Shown here: piece by piece, positions 62,011 to 64,000 of the stretch
Numbering within the stretch: the first letter of the stretch is position 1
Layout: each line of letters starts with the position of its first letter
Origin: Octopus vulgaris
Lineage: Eukaryota
Length of the DNA: 64,000 nucleotides
Reading direction: 5' to 3'
Assembly: GCA_951406725.2 (NCBI GenBank)
Contig: OX597835.1
Span: forward strand, 6,758,001-6,822,000
The notes under the pieces: model-generated
Database searches by the model: none
The model's input: the letters and a program-made list of their open reading frames with translations, nothing else
Told to the model about the DNA's origin: nothing
Position numbers and translations under genes: made by a program

Positions 62011-62096
<86 letters not shown>

Positions 62097-62748
62097 TATA
62101 TATTTATATATTATATATATATAAGTTCAATAAAGTTAAAACATAGTCAGATTTTCACGTTTTTTATTATTGGAATTAAATTTTTTTTTACGATGCTGAA
62201 GTGTGTTAAACATGAAACAAATATTTTGTAGTGTTCATTAAGTTCAATCAGCGCTTTCATACGTTCATAGTAATCATCAGATTTAAAAAATGTATTTAAC
62301 TGACAGTTGAGTTATTTACGACTGTATCAAAATGACTGACCTCTGCCTTTTTATACCTCTTAGAAGGCTCCAACAAGCTGAATTTTTCGATTAAGGTTTT
62401 GACCAGTCCGGATGCATTTTTGTATTCTTATTCGTGCTTTCCTTATTGTTTTCACGCATTTTTGTATTTTTATTCGTGTACATCGTCCGTTTTCCGTCCT
62501 TGTGTTGTATACATTCGAGGCTTTCTCCCAAGGGATCTAATGCGCTTGGCTTAGATTTCCCTTGGTGGCTGCCCAGGTCGGAGCAATCTCAAGATTAATC
62601 AGCCGAAATTGCGAAGATGATCCGGTTCTTGACTGATGACTGAGGGCTTCGAATGTCCCGTCCTGTGGTTCTTGTGTCGTCTTCTAGGTGTTTCACGTTC
62701 TTGTCCCAGTTTGTATATATTTTTTACTTTTTACATATATATATATAT

Positions 62749-62794
<46 letters not shown>

Positions 62795-62808
62795 CATACA
62801 TATATACA

Positions 62809-62893
<85 letters not shown>

Positions 62894-62910
62894 GTATATA
62901 CACACACACA

Positions 62911-63121
62911 CAATGGTGTGCTGAAGTGTTCCTGGCTGGCTTTGGGTAACAGAAAACAGAGGATCAGTTAATTATGGTTTTGACCCGATTCACACATTCA
63001 TTGCAGCGACCCTTCAGTTTTTTCCAAGCCTTGTAAAAGAACTTGGAAGTTTGCGCCTCCAACAAGGCCTTTCGCAACACCCATAACCCCACAAAAAATT
63101 TTCAGCAACCCCCCTCATGTA
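62911..63121. mobile_element. Possible mariner-derived MITE remnant
   Basis: Ends ggtgtgctgaagtgttcc and ttttcagcaaccccctc form a loose inverted pair resembling mariner-type TIRs. Confidence 0.35.
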
Positions 63122-63256
63122 TACACAGACACACACATGCACACACACACATACACACACACACACACACACATATAATTTTTCTATATACATGCATGCA
63201 CATATGTGTAGTGTGTGTCTTTTTGTGTGCGTGTTCTTGTGCCGGTGTATCTGTGT

Positions 63257-63328
<72 letters not shown>

Positions 63329-63813
63329 GGTTTTTATCTTTTCTTGCTACCTGAAGATTACCTGAAGAATCCTGTGTTCAGTAAACACGATAATCTAATA
63401 TAATCTCTCTCTCTCTCTTCACCTCTCTCTCTTTTTGTCTTTCTTTTACTTCTCTCTTTTTCTCTCTACGTGTGTTAGTGTGTATGTGTGTATGTATGTA
63501 CATACATACATACATACATATATGTTTATATATCTTCCTATTTGTATGTATGTTGATATAGCAATCTATCTGTCTATATTTCTATCTATTTGTCGATATG
63601 TATATGTGTATAATTGTATATATTTATGTAGGTATGTATACACAAACACACACACACACACGTACACACACACGCGTACACACACACACATATATATAGT
63701 ATATATATATGTAAATATATGTATATACATATATATATATATATGTGTATATACATGTATATATATGTATATACATATGAATATATATATATGTATATAT
63801 ATGTATATGTATG

Positions 63814-63872
<59 letters not shown>

Positions 63873-64000
63873 GCACCGACTCTCATGATGTTATTGGACT
63901 CTTGTTATTAAGTATATATACCTATGACATCTTAATTTCACATGTTGACATTTCATCATCAAAACAGACAACCACGCACACTCTCTCTCCATGTAATGTC

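Noticed and set aside
62633-62660. CTGATGA followed by GAATGTC in a TA-anchored repeat
   Set aside because: GAAT instead of GAAA and no convincing stem I or II, so it was not counted as a hammerhead.

Overview
Eukaryotic, AT-rich, microsatellite-saturated genomic DNA, most likely an octopus or related coleoid cephalopod (inferred from the tRNA-derived SINE families and repeat content). Almost all ORFs in the supplied track are microsatellite artefacts. The window holds nine internal, phase-compatible GT-AG exons (+ strand, 5518-53593) of an ADAMTS-like protein 2 (ADAMTSL2)-type gene: spacer domain, a long basic N-glycosylation-sequon-rich linker, then five TSP1 repeats. The 5' exons and the last TSR/PLAC exons were not found in the window. 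The introns contain SINEs (several with exact TSDs), non-autonomous Helitrons, MITEs, R4/Dong-, RTE- and Tx1-like LINE remnants and a 1.85 kb foldback repeat. The most striking hidden signal is a set of about ten type I hammerhead-ribozyme-like motifs (CUGANGA...GAAAC-palindrome-GUH, with canonical and variant cores). They sit in several unrelated small elements, mostly embedded in (TA)n tracts and often as near-perfect fold-back palindromes, and a decayed GIY-YIG Penelope-like fragment is also present. Together these suggest a diverse Penelope-like pseudo-LTR/ribozyme system inside a transcribed gene. All structures were paired by eye; none was computed or tested.
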